NCBI RefSeq assembly: GCF_001194135.2
Contig: NC_068988.1
Coordinates: forward strand, 18,177,166 to 18,241,165
Reading direction: 5' to 3'
Length of the DNA: 64,000 bases
DNA from: Octopus bimaculoides
Taxonomy: Eukaryota
Positions 1 to 12,220 of the stretch are shown piece by piece. Under the pieces are notes generated by a model. It did not search any database and had not been told where the DNA came from. It worked only from the letters and a program-made list of their open reading frames with translations. The translations under genes and the position numbers were made by a program. Numbering within the stretch: position 1 is the stretch's first letter; every line of letters starts with the position of its first letter.

Positions 1-195
1 AATCTAAAATCCCTATCTGCTTCATGGATTATAACATCTCTTCTAGGAGGGCATTATAGATCCTTTTGGAAACCACAACAGCCTAATTAATTGAGACTAC
101 AAATACGGATGCTGGTAACAATTATTTGGTTGAATAATTAGTTGGGAAGTTCTTGTAAGCCCTGTTTGAGCAAACTTTGGCTTTGATAGAACTAA

Positions 196-458
196 TAAAT
201 CCTCTTTGATACTATGGTGGTATCATAGAATCAGAAGCAGCTTAGAACTGCTCCTGGTTCTATGATTCAAAGAGTCTATTTTAAACTGATCTAAATTAAG
301 ACTGTCATAAAAATTTTATGTTACATTTCAAACATCAGCTTAATAATTTCTTCATTTTAATAATATTAATAATTTCTTCATTTTTTTTGTTTTTTCACAA
401 AATTGATTGAAACAATGATAGTGTATTTCAGCAGAAATACTATAAAAGAAGACTTAAA
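196..458. mobile_element. Decayed MITE related to the element at 25327-25556
   Basis: Shares blocks with 25327-25556 (ctggttctatgattcaaa, taaattaagac, cagcttaataat, caaaattgattgaaac, cagcagaaata); degenerate termini. Confidence 0.5.
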
Positions 459-1123
459 CACTCAATAAAAGACATAAAACTAAACATACTTGACTGTTTG
501 TTACAATAGAAACAGTTTGTTTCTTATATTTACATCTTTGACTATGATATTTATAGTCTTAGAATATGTTATATCTTTGTTGATATATGATTTAAATGTG
601 ATATTTATTTTGCCAGTATGTGTCAGTTAGTTACTTAACTAAATAAACTGAACCAAGCAGGAAAAGCTTTGAAAAGAGTAAACTGCTATGATTCAGCAGT
701 TGGCCATTGTAACTTAATGCTCCCAGTCATGGCCAACACTTGAGTATTCAACACTCAAAGCCAGTCTTAATCAGTATTTACTCCCCATCCATCCATCCTC
801 AAGTTATAACTCTCTGGTGAACTCAGCCAAAAGCAAGTGTATAATATTTCAACAAGTAATAATTCAATATTCTGTTACTGCTAAAACAGTCCTGAAACAA
901 CTCTTTCAATTCTTCCTTGACATATAGATACTAAGATTAATGTTAAAAAGATATTTGCTGTAGATTTTTATTTCTATTTTCTGTTCCAATGTTCTTCAAA
1001 AATTGTTTTTTTTTTGTTTGATTAAGAATTTTTGTCTATGTTGTTCATAATTTGTGTGAGGCCCTCAGATATCAGCATCCTAGGCAATTGCTTGGTTTGC
1101 CTAATGTGTAGCACTCAGCAGTC

Positions 1124-1514
1124 GAGGCACAATAGTCTAGTGGTTAGGGCAGCGGACTCGCGGTCATAGGATCATGGTTTCGATTCCCAGACTGGGCGTT
1201 GTGAGTGTTTATTGAGCGAAAACACCTAAAGCTCCACGAGGCTCTGGCAGGGGATGATGGCGAACCCTGCTGTACTCTTTCACCACAACTTTCTCACACT
1301 CTTACTTCCTGTTTTTGTTGTGCCTGTAATTCAAAGGGCCAGCCTTGTCACACTTTGTGTCACACTGAATCTTCCTGAGAACTACGTTAAGGGTACACGT
1401 GTCTGTGGTGTGCTCAGCCACTTGCACGTTAATTTCACAAGCTGGCTGTTCCGTTGATCAGATCAACTGGAACCCTCGGCGTTGTAAGCGACGGAGTGCC
1501 AACAACAACAACAA
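1124..1514 (+). mobile_element. tRNA-derived SINE, family A, full length with (CAA)n tail
   Basis: A box tagtctagtgg, B box ggtttcgattccc, tRNA-Arg-like anticodon arm (ggactcgcggtc); body shared with 9767-10132 and 45480-45648. Confidence 0.85.
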
Positions 1515-2084
1515 CACTGAGCATGATTTTTAAACACTGAGACAAAGTTAACACATTTATCATTCAACTAGGACATATCTGTTTGATAGTATTTACTGAT
1601 AGTTCATATTATAAAAACGAGTAGATAATTTTACATGTATCTGGTCCATAAGTTAAGTTGTTAACTAGACAATGCTTACATTTTTGGATGGATAAAAGTA
1701 CCTGAGTATCTCAAAAAGCAAGCATTTCTAATTTCAACCAATTTCCTGCATCAAGGTATTCTTTCTATTTCCGGACATTTTTAATCTGTAATTATTATTC
1801 ATTAACGATACTCATCTACTAATGATGTAAAAACATTTGCTTACTTTAATGTTAGGAGCCAATTCATTGTTTGTGCCATTTGTTCTTTGATTAATTCCTG
1901 GCTAATTTGATAATTATTTTCATGTATAGAATTGTCTTAAATAATGATACTCAATCATTATTGTTATCAGAACAGCAAAAATAGTACAGACCTCATTTTG
2001 CAGTAAGACATCACCAGACTTTTATGGATCTATAAACAAATTTATTTTTAAAGCTTACTAGATTACAATTTTAAGTTCATAACA

Positions 2085-2308
2085 AAAGTTGTGGTTTAAC
2101 AGCTTGCTTTGCAATAATGTGTTTTCTGGTTTAAAACCACTGCATGGTACTTTGAGAAAGTGTTTTCTAAAATTGCTCTGAGCCGACCAATGTCAGTGAA
2201 TGAAAGTACTAGGCTTACAAAGAATAAGTCCTGGGGTCGATTTGCTCAACTAAAGGTGGTGCTCCAGCATGGCCGCAGTCAAATGACTGAAACAATTAAA
2301 AGAGTATA
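2085..2308 (+). mobile_element. SINE family B copy with internal deletion
   Basis: 3' part (agtactaggcttacaaagaataagtcctggggtcgatttgctc...gtcaaatgactgaaacaa) is nearly identical to 50790-50890; the 5' part is degraded. Confidence 0.8.
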
Positions 2309-2639
2309 TATAGTTTATTATTTATATCATTTATTATTTCATGGCAGTTGGGTGGAAAAGTTTATTTTGAAACTATGTGGCCTTTGGTTCAAACCCATTG
2401 TGCTCTACTTTGGGAAAGTGTCATCTACTTATTGCTGGACAATATCTTGTAAATAAATTTGGTTGATGTAAGTTGCACAGAAGACTGTAATACACACACT
2501 CATATTTATTGTCATTATTGTTTAAATATCTGCTTTTCCATGCTTGCATGAATCACATATGATTCATTGCAGCAGATTTGCTATGGCAAATATACTTTGA
2601 TGAAAGATTAGAAACAATACCACTTCTGTAATTGTAGTG

Positions 2640-3213
2640 TTTTCGATGTTTTCAAGACAACAAGACAAAATACTTCCATACTTCCACACACAATAATACA
2701 TACAAACACACACATACACACATGGTAGGATTCTTCTCCAAATTCACTCACAGGCTTTTGTTGGCCTGGAACTATGGAAGAACACACTTGCTGAACCTAA
2801 AACCATATGAGTGTGAAGCAAGTTCCTTAGCCATAGAACCATGCCAGCACATACTTGTATATGCATTTGTGTGTGTGTGTGTGTGCATGTATGTGTGTGT
2901 GCATAAGATTGCCTGTGTGTAGCTCTATGCTCGTTTTTGATGTTTTCAAAACAAGGAGACAAAATACTTCCATACTTCCACACACATTAATACATACAAT
3001 CACACACATACACACATAGTAGGATTCTTCTCGAAATTCACTCACAGGCTTTTGTTGGCCTCGAACTATGGGAGAACACACTTGCTGAACCTAAAACCAT
3101 ATGGGTGTGAAGCAAGTTTCTTAACCATAGAACTATGCCAGCACATACTTGTATATGCATTTGTGTGTGTGTGTGTCTGTGTGCATAAGATTGCCTGTGT
3201 GTAGCTCTATGCT
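2640..3213. repeat. Tandem duplication, two units of about 290 bp, containing a decayed minus-strand SINE B 5' half
   Basis: 2640-2932 and 2933-3213 align end to end (gatgttttcaa...tagctctatgctc) with few substitutions. Confidence 0.92.
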
Positions 3214-3552
3214 CTTAAGATAGTGGAATGGAATCTCCCTTATTTGTTAAATGGGTATGGGTTGATGACAGGAAGAGTATTCAATTGTCAAAATACTGCC
3301 TTGAAATAAATACCCACCCAATCTATACCAATGCAGAAAACATATGTACAAACTTTTTTTCATTTTATGTGTGTGCTTGTTTGTGTATTAGTTAGTCAAA
3401 GATGACAGGGCAGAGTTTGAGATTTTCAGGTTTCTTTAATTTGACAAAAATCTAGTGCATATAATAATCCTGCTTAAACATCTGTAAGGAAAACATGGAT
3501 ATGAAGAGAATCCTAGAGAAATGAAATCTAAAAATGATTAGCAATGGTTGCT

Positions 3553-3609
3553 GTGCCACTCGAAATATTGTGTATGACCCATTGCTTCATCGTCATAAGC
3601 TTGCCAAAG
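3553..3609 (-). mobile_element. Mariner transposase N-terminal fragment
   Basis: Minus strand reads LWQAYDDEAMGHTQYFEWH, matching the mariner HTH motif; same family as 27517-27657. Confidence 0.7.
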
Positions 3610-3630
3610 CTTACTCAATGGTTGCTGAAA

Positions 3631-3775
3631 TGGAGAATAATACAGAGGTGATGGTCATGATGTAAAAATGGGGGATAATACAGAGATGATGGTCATGATG
3701 TAAAAATGGGGGATAATACAGAGATGATGGTCATGATGTAAAAATGGGGGATAGTACAGAGATGATGATGATGCC
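3631..3775. repeat. 38-bp minisatellite, about 3.7 copies
   Basis: Unit ggggataatacagagatgatggtcatgatgtaaaaatg; tgtaaaaatg recurs at 3661, 3699 and 3737. Confidence 0.95.
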
Positions 3776-5039
3776 TTTAAAAAATAAGGTTGTGTTAAGC
3801 AGTCATGGGTCGACATGTATGTTACTTAGATAGTTCATATTAACAAAAGTCATTGTAGCTATAGAAAATAGAAAAAAAGCAGAGAAAAGTGATATCATAT
3901 ATAAGAGTTAATGGTTCTTGAGCAAGTGTGGGGGCTCTTTTTAGCATCAGAAGCATCTTCCAGACACAAAAGTACCAGCTTGTGGAAGAGTGATACATAT
4001 GTTCTGAAATAAGTGGGTCTTGAAACTTATATTAAATTTACAGATTATTGTTTTTGGTCTAAGGGCTTAAATTGGCCTTTATCATAGCTTTATCTGGGAA
4101 TGGTTACAAATGTGCCCACAGACCAAATTTCATCGATGGAAAAGGGAATCCCTAACTTTCTTGTAAGTTCTTGGTATATGAATCTTTGCCATTTATGTGC
4201 TTGTGATTGTTTTGGATGTGGTCGGAGATGCTTGTATATATAAAGTTGCAGTGTTATTCTAAAATGGGTGTAGAACTGAAATGTAAATACAGTTTAGGCT
4301 TTGTAGGGGCTGGAATAACTTATAGTACTGAAGAAGTCTAATCTTTGAGATGGGGTTTTATTTGGTGTGTGTGTGTGTGCATGCATGTGTGTGAGTTTGC
4401 CATGAAACCGTGATGCCTGGCATTTGTAAAGATTTCAGGATTTACTTATATGCCTTAAAAGGAGTGTAATATAAAATTGTTTCCTCTTTTTTTTGTTGGT
4501 CTTTTTTTTTTCTGCTCTTCTGCTTTGAGTTCAGTCCCCACTGGGGCCAACGAAATGAATTGATGTAATCAACTAAGCTCTTTCCCTATTTAAACCATGT
4601 GCCAATGTAAAAAATCCTTATCGTTAAAGAAGGCAGAAAAATGATGGCTTAAATACCTTGTAGTTTTTAGTTTCCTCTCTTCATACTCTAATTTTATATT
4701 TAAAATCCTGTCATGGCTGACTATCTTCTATCTATTGAGGAGTGATTAAGTACCAGTCATGTACTGGTGGAGTGAGGTCAATCTGATTAATTTAAAATTT
4801 GTGGCCTTGTATCAATGTAATAAATCATTACTATAACTAATTTATTAACAGAATCCTTATTGATATCAATGCTACATGCATTAAAAAAAAACTATAGAAA
4901 AATGAATTTTATTTTATTCTTTATAAGTCATATGATCTACTTCCATCTACCAACCTTGTGATTGCTCCAGAAAGATCCTAAAAATGATTGGTATAAGCAA
5001 ATGTTGTTTTCATTACTATACACTTGTTCTCCTTGTCTT

Positions 5040-5220
5040 TTGTATGCAGTCCCAGTGGTTTGGCGAGCTCGGGCAACGGTGGGAATACCCGGACTATCCG
5101 ACGTCTCTCCTTCCGCCACCACAGTCGTTGTGTTGGCTATTCGTTCCCGCCTCTCATCTGTGACGTGACCTTTACTCCTGCTGTCGCACCCTGCTTTTGT
5201 ACCTGGCCTTCATCCTTGCT
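5040..5220 (+). other. GC/CpG-rich island about 1 kb upstream of exon A; candidate upstream exon or promoter element
   Basis: Many CpGs in an otherwise AT-rich, CpG-poor flank; preceded by a pyrimidine tract and tgcAG at 5048-5049. Confidence 0.45.
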
Positions 5221-6130
5221 AAAACCTCAGTTTACCCTCCAACTATTGCACATTTAGTGTAGATTTTAGCAAATACCAAAACTCCTCACCCTCACTCTAC
5301 CCTCCATTTTAGCTGCTACTTCTCTCCTAACTACAGGGAATATACTAGTTAAGATACACAAAATTACCTGGAGAAGTTTTTGAAGAAAATATTTTCAGCC
5401 TTACTATATATCTACGATTTATATTTATATACAAATATATTAGTTACGGAAAATGGAATACTTCAATATCACTCATTACTATATCATAAAACATTTTATT
5501 GATTTGTCATTTATAATTGATTGTTTATTTCTATGGCACCATTAAATTGTTATTTATACAACTATCATATCATCTTTTTAAGTTTTACTTGATATGATAT
5601 AATAATGTGTGATGTTGTTCAGTATTCAATATTTATTATGGTAGTACTGCTCTATTGCTGACATTACTCATACAATATCTTCAGTATTCTTAATGATGTG
5701 GCAATAAATACAAAAAACACAAATTTTGAATTCTAATCAAAGCTAAATGCTTGTTGAAAAGAGCCAACTTGGTAAGAGTTGTGAAGAAATAGTAAACATT
5801 TTAATCAAATTTATCAAAATGACATCATTTCATGCACCTTTCAAGTAAATTCTAGGAAAATTCTCAGTTTCAAATCTGAAACAAAGATGAAGAAGATCTT
5901 CATAAAAGATTTCATTTTTTTACAACTGAAGCTTTCCGACTTGGTTAACACACATTATTTTAATAAGGACAATTTAAAGTTTTATAATTTAAGAAGGAAT
6001 GAAATAAAAATGCTAAAATGAACTGCTAAATATCTTTGATGGAAAAACCAAAAAAAAAAGTATATCAATTAATTTAGGTAGAATTAAAAATAATAAATTA
6101 ACCTTAAAATATTTTTAAGTTTATGCCCTC

Positions 6131-6164
6131 CTGACCATTTTTTTCTAACCATGTTTTACCACAG
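6131..6164 (+). promoter_or_regulatory. Candidate 3' splice site (branch point plus pyrimidine tract plus CAG) overlapping the ATG at 6151
   Basis: ctgaccattttttttCTAACcatgttttaccaCAG|ctc: CTAAC at 6145-6149, AG at 6163-6164. Confidence 0.55.
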
Positions 6165-7239
6165 CTCTGGAGCCAGCTCAGATCGCCGGAGCGACCTCCC
6201 TTCAGCCACATCCTTGGCAGCATCTCGGAACGCCTCGCTCCGTCACCAACAACAGCAACACCCCACATCAATAGGAATTCGAAAAAGGGACCCCACATCA
6301 TCGGCCAACACAGCGGCATCCGATCACCATCACCATTTTCCACATCACCACTCACATCATCATCATCACCACCAACATCCTCCACCATTATTGTCTTCAA
6401 CTAGTACGACTGCAGGAGATCCAACCACAGCCACATCAGGATCATTCCGAGCTAAACAATCCGGTCGATCCGAAGTGAAAATAGCTGATCCTGTAGTGAC
6501 GTGTGGTGTTAGTGGTTCTTTACAGCTAGCAGCGTCTCCAGCAGTCGTGCAACCTCCAGGTAGTATTATTCCTGCAGGCAACAATAACCTTCCTCTTCAA
6601 GGAGGTGGCAGAGGAGTTGGCAGTGGTGGTGTTGGAAGTGGTAGTGTGGTAGGTGTGGGAGTAGGAGACATGTCGTCAGCCCTGCAACGACCCTTCTATG
6701 CAACATCCTCAATAGGAAGCCCTCCTGATCCGGCTTCAATTTTGAGGAGTAGGGAAGTTTCTAAACGTGTTATCCTAAATGTGGGTGGGGTAAAACATGA
6801 GGTATTGTGGCGCACTCTTGACCGTATGCCTCATACTCGGCTTGGTAAGCTGAGGGACTGTAATACACATGATGCAATTGTTGACCTTTGTGACGATTAT
6901 AGCTTGGCCGAAAATGAATACTTTTTTGATCGACATCCTCGATCGTTTGCCTCCATCCTCAACTTTTACCGCACTGGAAAACTTCACTTGGTGGAGGAAA
7001 TGTGTGTGCTGGCATTCAGTGAGGACCTGGAGTACTGGGGTGTAGACGAACTTTATTTAGAGTCATGTTGTCAGCATAAATATCATCAGAAAAAAGAACA
7101 TGTGTTTGAGGAGATACGCAAAGAGGCTGAGAGTCTCCGAAAGGGAGAGGATGAAGATTTTGGTACCGGCTCGTTCGCAAAATGGCGACAGCGAGTTTGG
7201 GACCTCCTTGAGAAGCCGACAACGTCCATGGCTGCGAGG
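6151..7239 (+). CDS. Shab: Kv2/Shab voltage-gated K+ channel, coding exon A: low-complexity N-terminus plus T1 tetramerisation domain, ending ...KPTTSMAAR. The 5' boundary is either ATG 6151 or a splice acceptor at 6163-6164.
   Basis: Translation contains [36 protein letters not shown]...EYFFDRHP...[10 protein letters not shown]...[14 protein letters not shown]...WDLLEKP, the Kv2-specific T1 sequence. Donor AGG|GTAAGT at 7239/7240, phase 0. The track ORF reads through the donor to 7317. Confidence 0.96.
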
Positions 7240-8125
7240 GTAAGTCAGAAGGATTTTTCTTATTATATTATTTCAATATTTCTCTTGAATGCATTTGATT
7301 ATGTTAATACAGTTTGAAAAAGAACATGGAAAATTAAAATGTTATTTTTGTAATCTAAAAAGCAATTTGCATTTTTCCATTGCAGATTTTCATTGTTCTT
7401 CAAATTTTAATGTATAAAAACTGAATGATTAATATTTCTATGTATTGAAACAAATATATGAATGTACTTACCTGTATATAAATATATGGTTATATGTATT
7501 CTATGTGTAATGTCTTTCACAAAATTATGCGTAAATACATATTACATACATACATATATATATATAAACATGTAAATTATAAATATCTTCACACATTTGA
7601 AATATATATATTGTATGTGTGTATATATGTAAATGTGAATATATGTGTATGTATGTATATATGTATACTTATCATAAGTTACACATTACAGAATTAATCT
7701 TTCATATATAATAAATATACATATATACACAATTATAAAATGTATGAGGACTTAGTATTTTAAGACTGCTGCCAGTTTTAAACCATTAGTATTAAGTTTT
7801 TCCCACATCTTTCAGACTGATGGAGTACAAGTTCATCAAATCAAATCAAAACAAAATTTACTTGCCCTCAGAATCTCCTTGTAGTTGGCTACTTGGTCAA
7901 GGTGTAGTGTCCTACTTGGTCAAATAGTTTGTAGTAAACCTTGAAATAATGGCTTGAAACTGATAACGGACTTCTACCTGAGTCTTCAAAATATATTTAA
8001 ACATATATAGCAATATATATATATACATACACATGTACACATCCATGCACATGCACGAATATATACATGAATACATAGATACATACATACATACACACAT
8101 ATATATATATATATATATGTATATG

Positions 8126-8172
<47 letters not shown>

Positions 8173-8469
8173 GTGTGTGTTTTCCTAAGCACATATAGAC
8201 ACTATGAATTCATATAGTCTTTAAAAGATCTGTCATGAAATTAATGAGGTAATTTTTAAGATCTAATTGGATATTGACTTTTTTTTTATTATAATTTCTT
8301 TAAAATAGTTCTCTTTAGAGATATCTTACAATCTCCATTGTTCTTCAGCTCCAAGAAAATTCTTCAAAATTTTCTTCAGTCCATTCTCTGTATATAGGCC
8401 ATAGCTATTTTGATTTTTTAAAAAGATAATTTGAGACTTGTAGCTTTTCTTTTTTTCTTTTTCTTTTAT

Positions 8470-8660
8470 TTGTTTTAGTCATTGGACGGCAGCTATGCCA
8501 AGGTACTGCCTTGAAGATTTTTAGTCAAAGAAATCAACCTCAGTATTTATATCTGGTACTTATTCTATCAGTCTCTTTTACTAAACCACAAAATTACAAG
8601 AACCTAACCAAATCAACACTGGTTATCAAGCAGTGATGGTGGGATAGAAATACATACACA
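8470..8660 (-). mobile_element. Decayed SINE B 3' half
   Basis: ggtacttattctatcagtctctttt...acactggttatcaagcagtg aligns to the reverse complement of the family B 3' half. Confidence 0.6.
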
Positions 8661-9080
8661 AACATGCACATGCGTGTGTCAGGTGAATTTATAGGGATAA
8701 ATTATCCAGGCAAGTACCATAATAGGTCCTGTGTATATTCCTGGTTTCAGCTAACCACAGCAAGTAATGATAAACATCAATTAACTTAGTTGACTCCAAA
8801 GCACTGAATGAAGGTGTTCAGTTAGGTTGCATATACAGCTGCACGCACTGTGCGCAGCAGAAACATGTGTCAGTCATTTTAACCAACTAATTGTGGTGTA
8901 TGACTAACTGTCAAATTAAAAGTAAAATTTGGAGATGTACCAGTTTCTGTATTCTTTATAAATGTTTCACACACATATGTGTGAGTATGTGTGTGTGTGT
9001 GCATGTGTGTGTTAAACAAAACAAGATAGCAAAGCCAAGGCAATTTGATATTCCTAGGACATTTATAAATAGAAAGGTGG

Positions 9081-9126
9081 CTTTACAGCTGTTTCATGGA
9101 AATAAATGATATTCCATCATCAGAGA
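9081..9126 (-). ncRNA. Minimal hammerhead-like motif, mirror copy
   Basis: Minus strand: tct-CTGATGA-TGGAA-tatcatttat-TTCCA-t-GAA-ACAGCTGT-A-aag. Confidence 0.55.
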
Positions 9127-9438
9127 TGAGTCAAAAGATCTTCACTATAAGGAATTAGAAGAGTACATTTTTTTAGAAGTTATTCTGGAGTGGGAGAGAT
9201 GTACAAGAAATTGGATATAATGCAGAAAGTATAAAAGAAAAAAATATGAAAATAAAATTACATGTCGGATGTTAAGGAACAGCAATTTTAACATATAACA
9301 TGTATTTTTATTTTTCATATTTTCCTTTTATACTTTCTGCATTATATCTAATTTCTTGTATATCTCTCTTTCGCCAGAATAACTTCTTCTAAAAGCAGGA
9401 ACTCTACTAATTCTTTATATTGAAGCTCTTTTAACTCA

Positions 9439-9484
9439 TCTCTGATGATGGGATATCGTTTATTTCTCTGAAACAGCTGTAAGG
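9439..9484 (+). ncRNA. Minimal type-I hammerhead ribozyme-like motif (sense to Kv2 pre-mRNA)
   Basis: tct-CTGATGA(9442-48)-t-GGGA..TCTC-t-GAA-ACAGCTGT(palindrome, 9473-80)-A-agg; GUA cleavage triplet; 3-bp stem I; non-canonical base of stem II. Confidence 0.6.
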
Positions 9485-9766
9485 CTACCTTTCTATTTAT
9501 ATATGTCCTAGAAATATCAAATTGCCTCGGCCTTGTTATCTCATTTTATTTAGCATATACACGCTCACACACGACCTGCCTTAGATTCCTCACTCATGCT
9601 ATTATTGAACCGAGAGCTTAACAGTGGTCCCTCCGTAGCACTTACATAGCTTTACTTGCCTTTTCGGTCTTCTGGATACCAAAACATCTCGTATTTATAT
9701 TTATGTACATACATACATATATATATATGCATATATATATATACGCATATATATATTTATACTACA

Positions 9767-10132
9767 GCACTCCGTTGGTTACGATGTTGAGGGTTCCAGC
9801 TGATCCAATCAATGGAACAGCTTGCTTGTGAAATTAACATGCAAGTGGCTGAGCACTCCCCAGACATGTGTACCCTTAACGTAGTTCTTGGAGAGATTCA
9901 GCATGACATAGAGTGTGACAAGGCTGGACCTTTTAAATATGGGTACAACAGAAACAGGAAGAAAGGGTGACAGAAAGTTGTGATGAAAGAGTACAGCAGG
10001 GAGCCTCATGATGAGTACTGCTGGAGCCTCATGATGCTTTAAGTGTTTTCACTCAATAAACACTTACAACGCCCAGTCTGGGAATCCTACAACAGCGAGT
10101 CTGCTGCCATAACCACTGAGCCATTGTGCCTC
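9767..10132 (-). mobile_element. SINE family A copy with a small internal tandem duplication and a partial head deletion
   Basis: Reverse complement of 1124-1514; gagtacagcagggagcctcatgat / gagtactgctggagcctcatgat duplicated at about 9990-10036. Confidence 0.85.
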
Positions 10133-10894
10133 CACACTCACACACACACACACATACACACACACACATATATATATATATTGGACTTCCTCACAGTTTC
10201 TCCCTACCAAATTCAGTGCATTAGCACTGCAGTAGAGACCATATATGGTAAATATCTTTATTGCAGAAGTATTATAATACAAAACAGGCCAAACTCTAAA
10301 ATTGGCAGTTGTCTTTGACTGAATGAAACTTTTGTAATCTTTAGGTTTTAACACAAAAGGTTTCTCAGAGCCATTGAAAATTTTATGCAAAACATTTGAT
10401 TCATGGATTGGCCTTGTGTTGTGGAGACTTCCTGCTGGCTTATCAATCATGAATAATTGCTTTTTCTATCAAGAAGACTTTTAATCAACAAAACTTTGTC
10501 TTCATACTTGCTGTGCTTGAAGCATTAGGAATTTTTTCCCCCCTGGGCATACAAATTGATTTGTCTTTTTCTACAAAGTCTTTAAATATTTATGCTTCTA
10601 TGTCAAGCAGTACATTGCTTTATATTCTTGCAATCAGTACTGACAACAACACTATCAAATATTTCTTAATTAAACAAGTAATTAAATAATAGTAGTGTGT
10701 ATTGTGATGTTGAAGAACAATCAAGTGATAAGTATCAAGCAATTAAAGGCATAATATGGTGATAATTCATTTAAATAGATGCCTTATTAATTTCATGAAA
10801 GACCTTATCTATATGAATATAAATGCAAATACTAACATGCAGACATATTTGTGTGTACATTTCTACATTTCTATGTAAACGTGTGTGTTTGTGT

Positions 10895-10926
<32 letters not shown>

Positions 10927-12220
10927 NNNNNNNNNNATATATATACATACACACATACACTTTTAGACACACACACATATACATGCATACCTACACACAT
11001 AAAATGTTTGAGTATATGTTATGTGTTACATATTGCTGTTTATAACCTAACACTGCATTGATGTCCTTTTTATTAGCACATTTTCATGGTACATAATTTC
11101 AGTGACAAGCTACTGAAATTAATGCATTGTTTTCTTTTGTTTTATGAGTATTTCCTAATTTTTCAGCTAGAAATTCATGTAGTCCATTTTAATAATTTAC
11201 TAATGCTAGAATAACTTTGTGTCATGTGATAAAAGTTACTTATTGTGTTATTGGATTGTTTCAAGCCATATAACTGTGACAGTTTCAAGATCTACTTGAG
11301 AGCTTTAAGGTTACTTAGAGGTTTTAATTTTTTAAAGTAAATGGTTGCAGTTGATATTTATTTCAGTTCTTATTCTGAAAGGTTCTTTAGAAGTTCTTTA
11401 AAATGTATGATGTTCTTTATTACAGAGGTTTTAAAATGTGAAGTTATTACATAATTATTTTAAATTATCATATTAAGTTTTCACACTGTGCAATTGCATA
11501 ATATTTACAATAGCGTTGATTATTTAAGTACAAGTAGTATGTTGTTTTTTTAACACCATTTAATAAAATTTAGTTAAAATTTTTTATAGTTTAAAGGATC
11601 TGTCATATCAGGTTTTGTTGAGGTGTTTGAATATTAAGGTCTTCTAGGTTCGTTACTTGTTGCTTTTGGTTATGTATTTATTCTAGCATTATTATTAAGC
11701 ATTATTTACAAATTAATACTTCCTCAGTCTCTTTTGAATAGCATTATTGACATTACAGTTGAGAATATTCGTACTAACTCATTGAATCAATACATTTGCT
11801 ATTGTTCAATGAAAAATCATAATGTTGATATGACATTCAATAGTATTAGTTGTCATAGATACTTGCAAAGTTTATCAAGTCATGCAATGTATTTCTCAGT
11901 CTTATTAAGTCACAGTTTAGAAAGTTTCTGATCAAAGATAGTTACCACTATTAATATCCTACACGCACATTGAAAATAGTTCCTGGTTTCACTGAGTTTC
12001 TGTTATGTCTCCTGATCTTACAGATTTATGTACCAGTTTATAATCTCAGCAACTGTCATAAGCAATCTCATCTTAGGAAGGCATTCTTGCACATTGTCTA
12101 TTTCCTATTTAATGAATGATCCTATATTTAACCAATTTATTAAATAAATGGATCATTGATAGATGGATAGAGTATCAATTCCAATTTATTTCCTTTATGT
12201 TATTAACTCAATCAAATAAA

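Larger units (their letters stand above)
9005..9565. mobile_element. Inverted repeat (arms about 9005-9265 and 9298-9565, 32-bp spacer), Penelope pseudo-LTR-like, with a hammerhead motif in each arm
   Basis: The arms are clear reverse complements, e.g. gccaaggcaatttgatattcctaggacatttataaatagaaagg versus cctttctatttatatatgtcctagaaatatcaaattgcctcggc. Confidence 0.85.

Noticed and set aside
1124-1200. tRNA-like sequences here and at 12221, 45337, 48558 and 50510
   Set aside because: They lack a full cloverleaf or acceptor stem and continue into repeat bodies; these are SINE heads, not tRNA genes.
3631-3775. Regularly spaced direct repeats superficially like a CRISPR array (also 36594-36900)
   Set aside because: Contiguous tandem units with no unique spacers, in eukaryotic DNA with no cas genes.
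4962-5168. ORF with PKNDWYKQM, resembling the sorbin-homology motif PKDWYKTM
   Set aside because: Short isolated match, no other SORBS features, and it overlaps a likely pyrimidine tract and acceptor; probably chance.
6104-6987. Antisense ORFs over exon A, and over exon B at 61609-62589
   Set aside because: Expected shadows of a GC-richer coding strand; no recognisable domains.
7240-7317. ORF continuation VSQKDFSYY... after exon A
   Set aside because: Read-through past a consensus GTAAGT donor into AT-rich intron; no Kv2 similarity.
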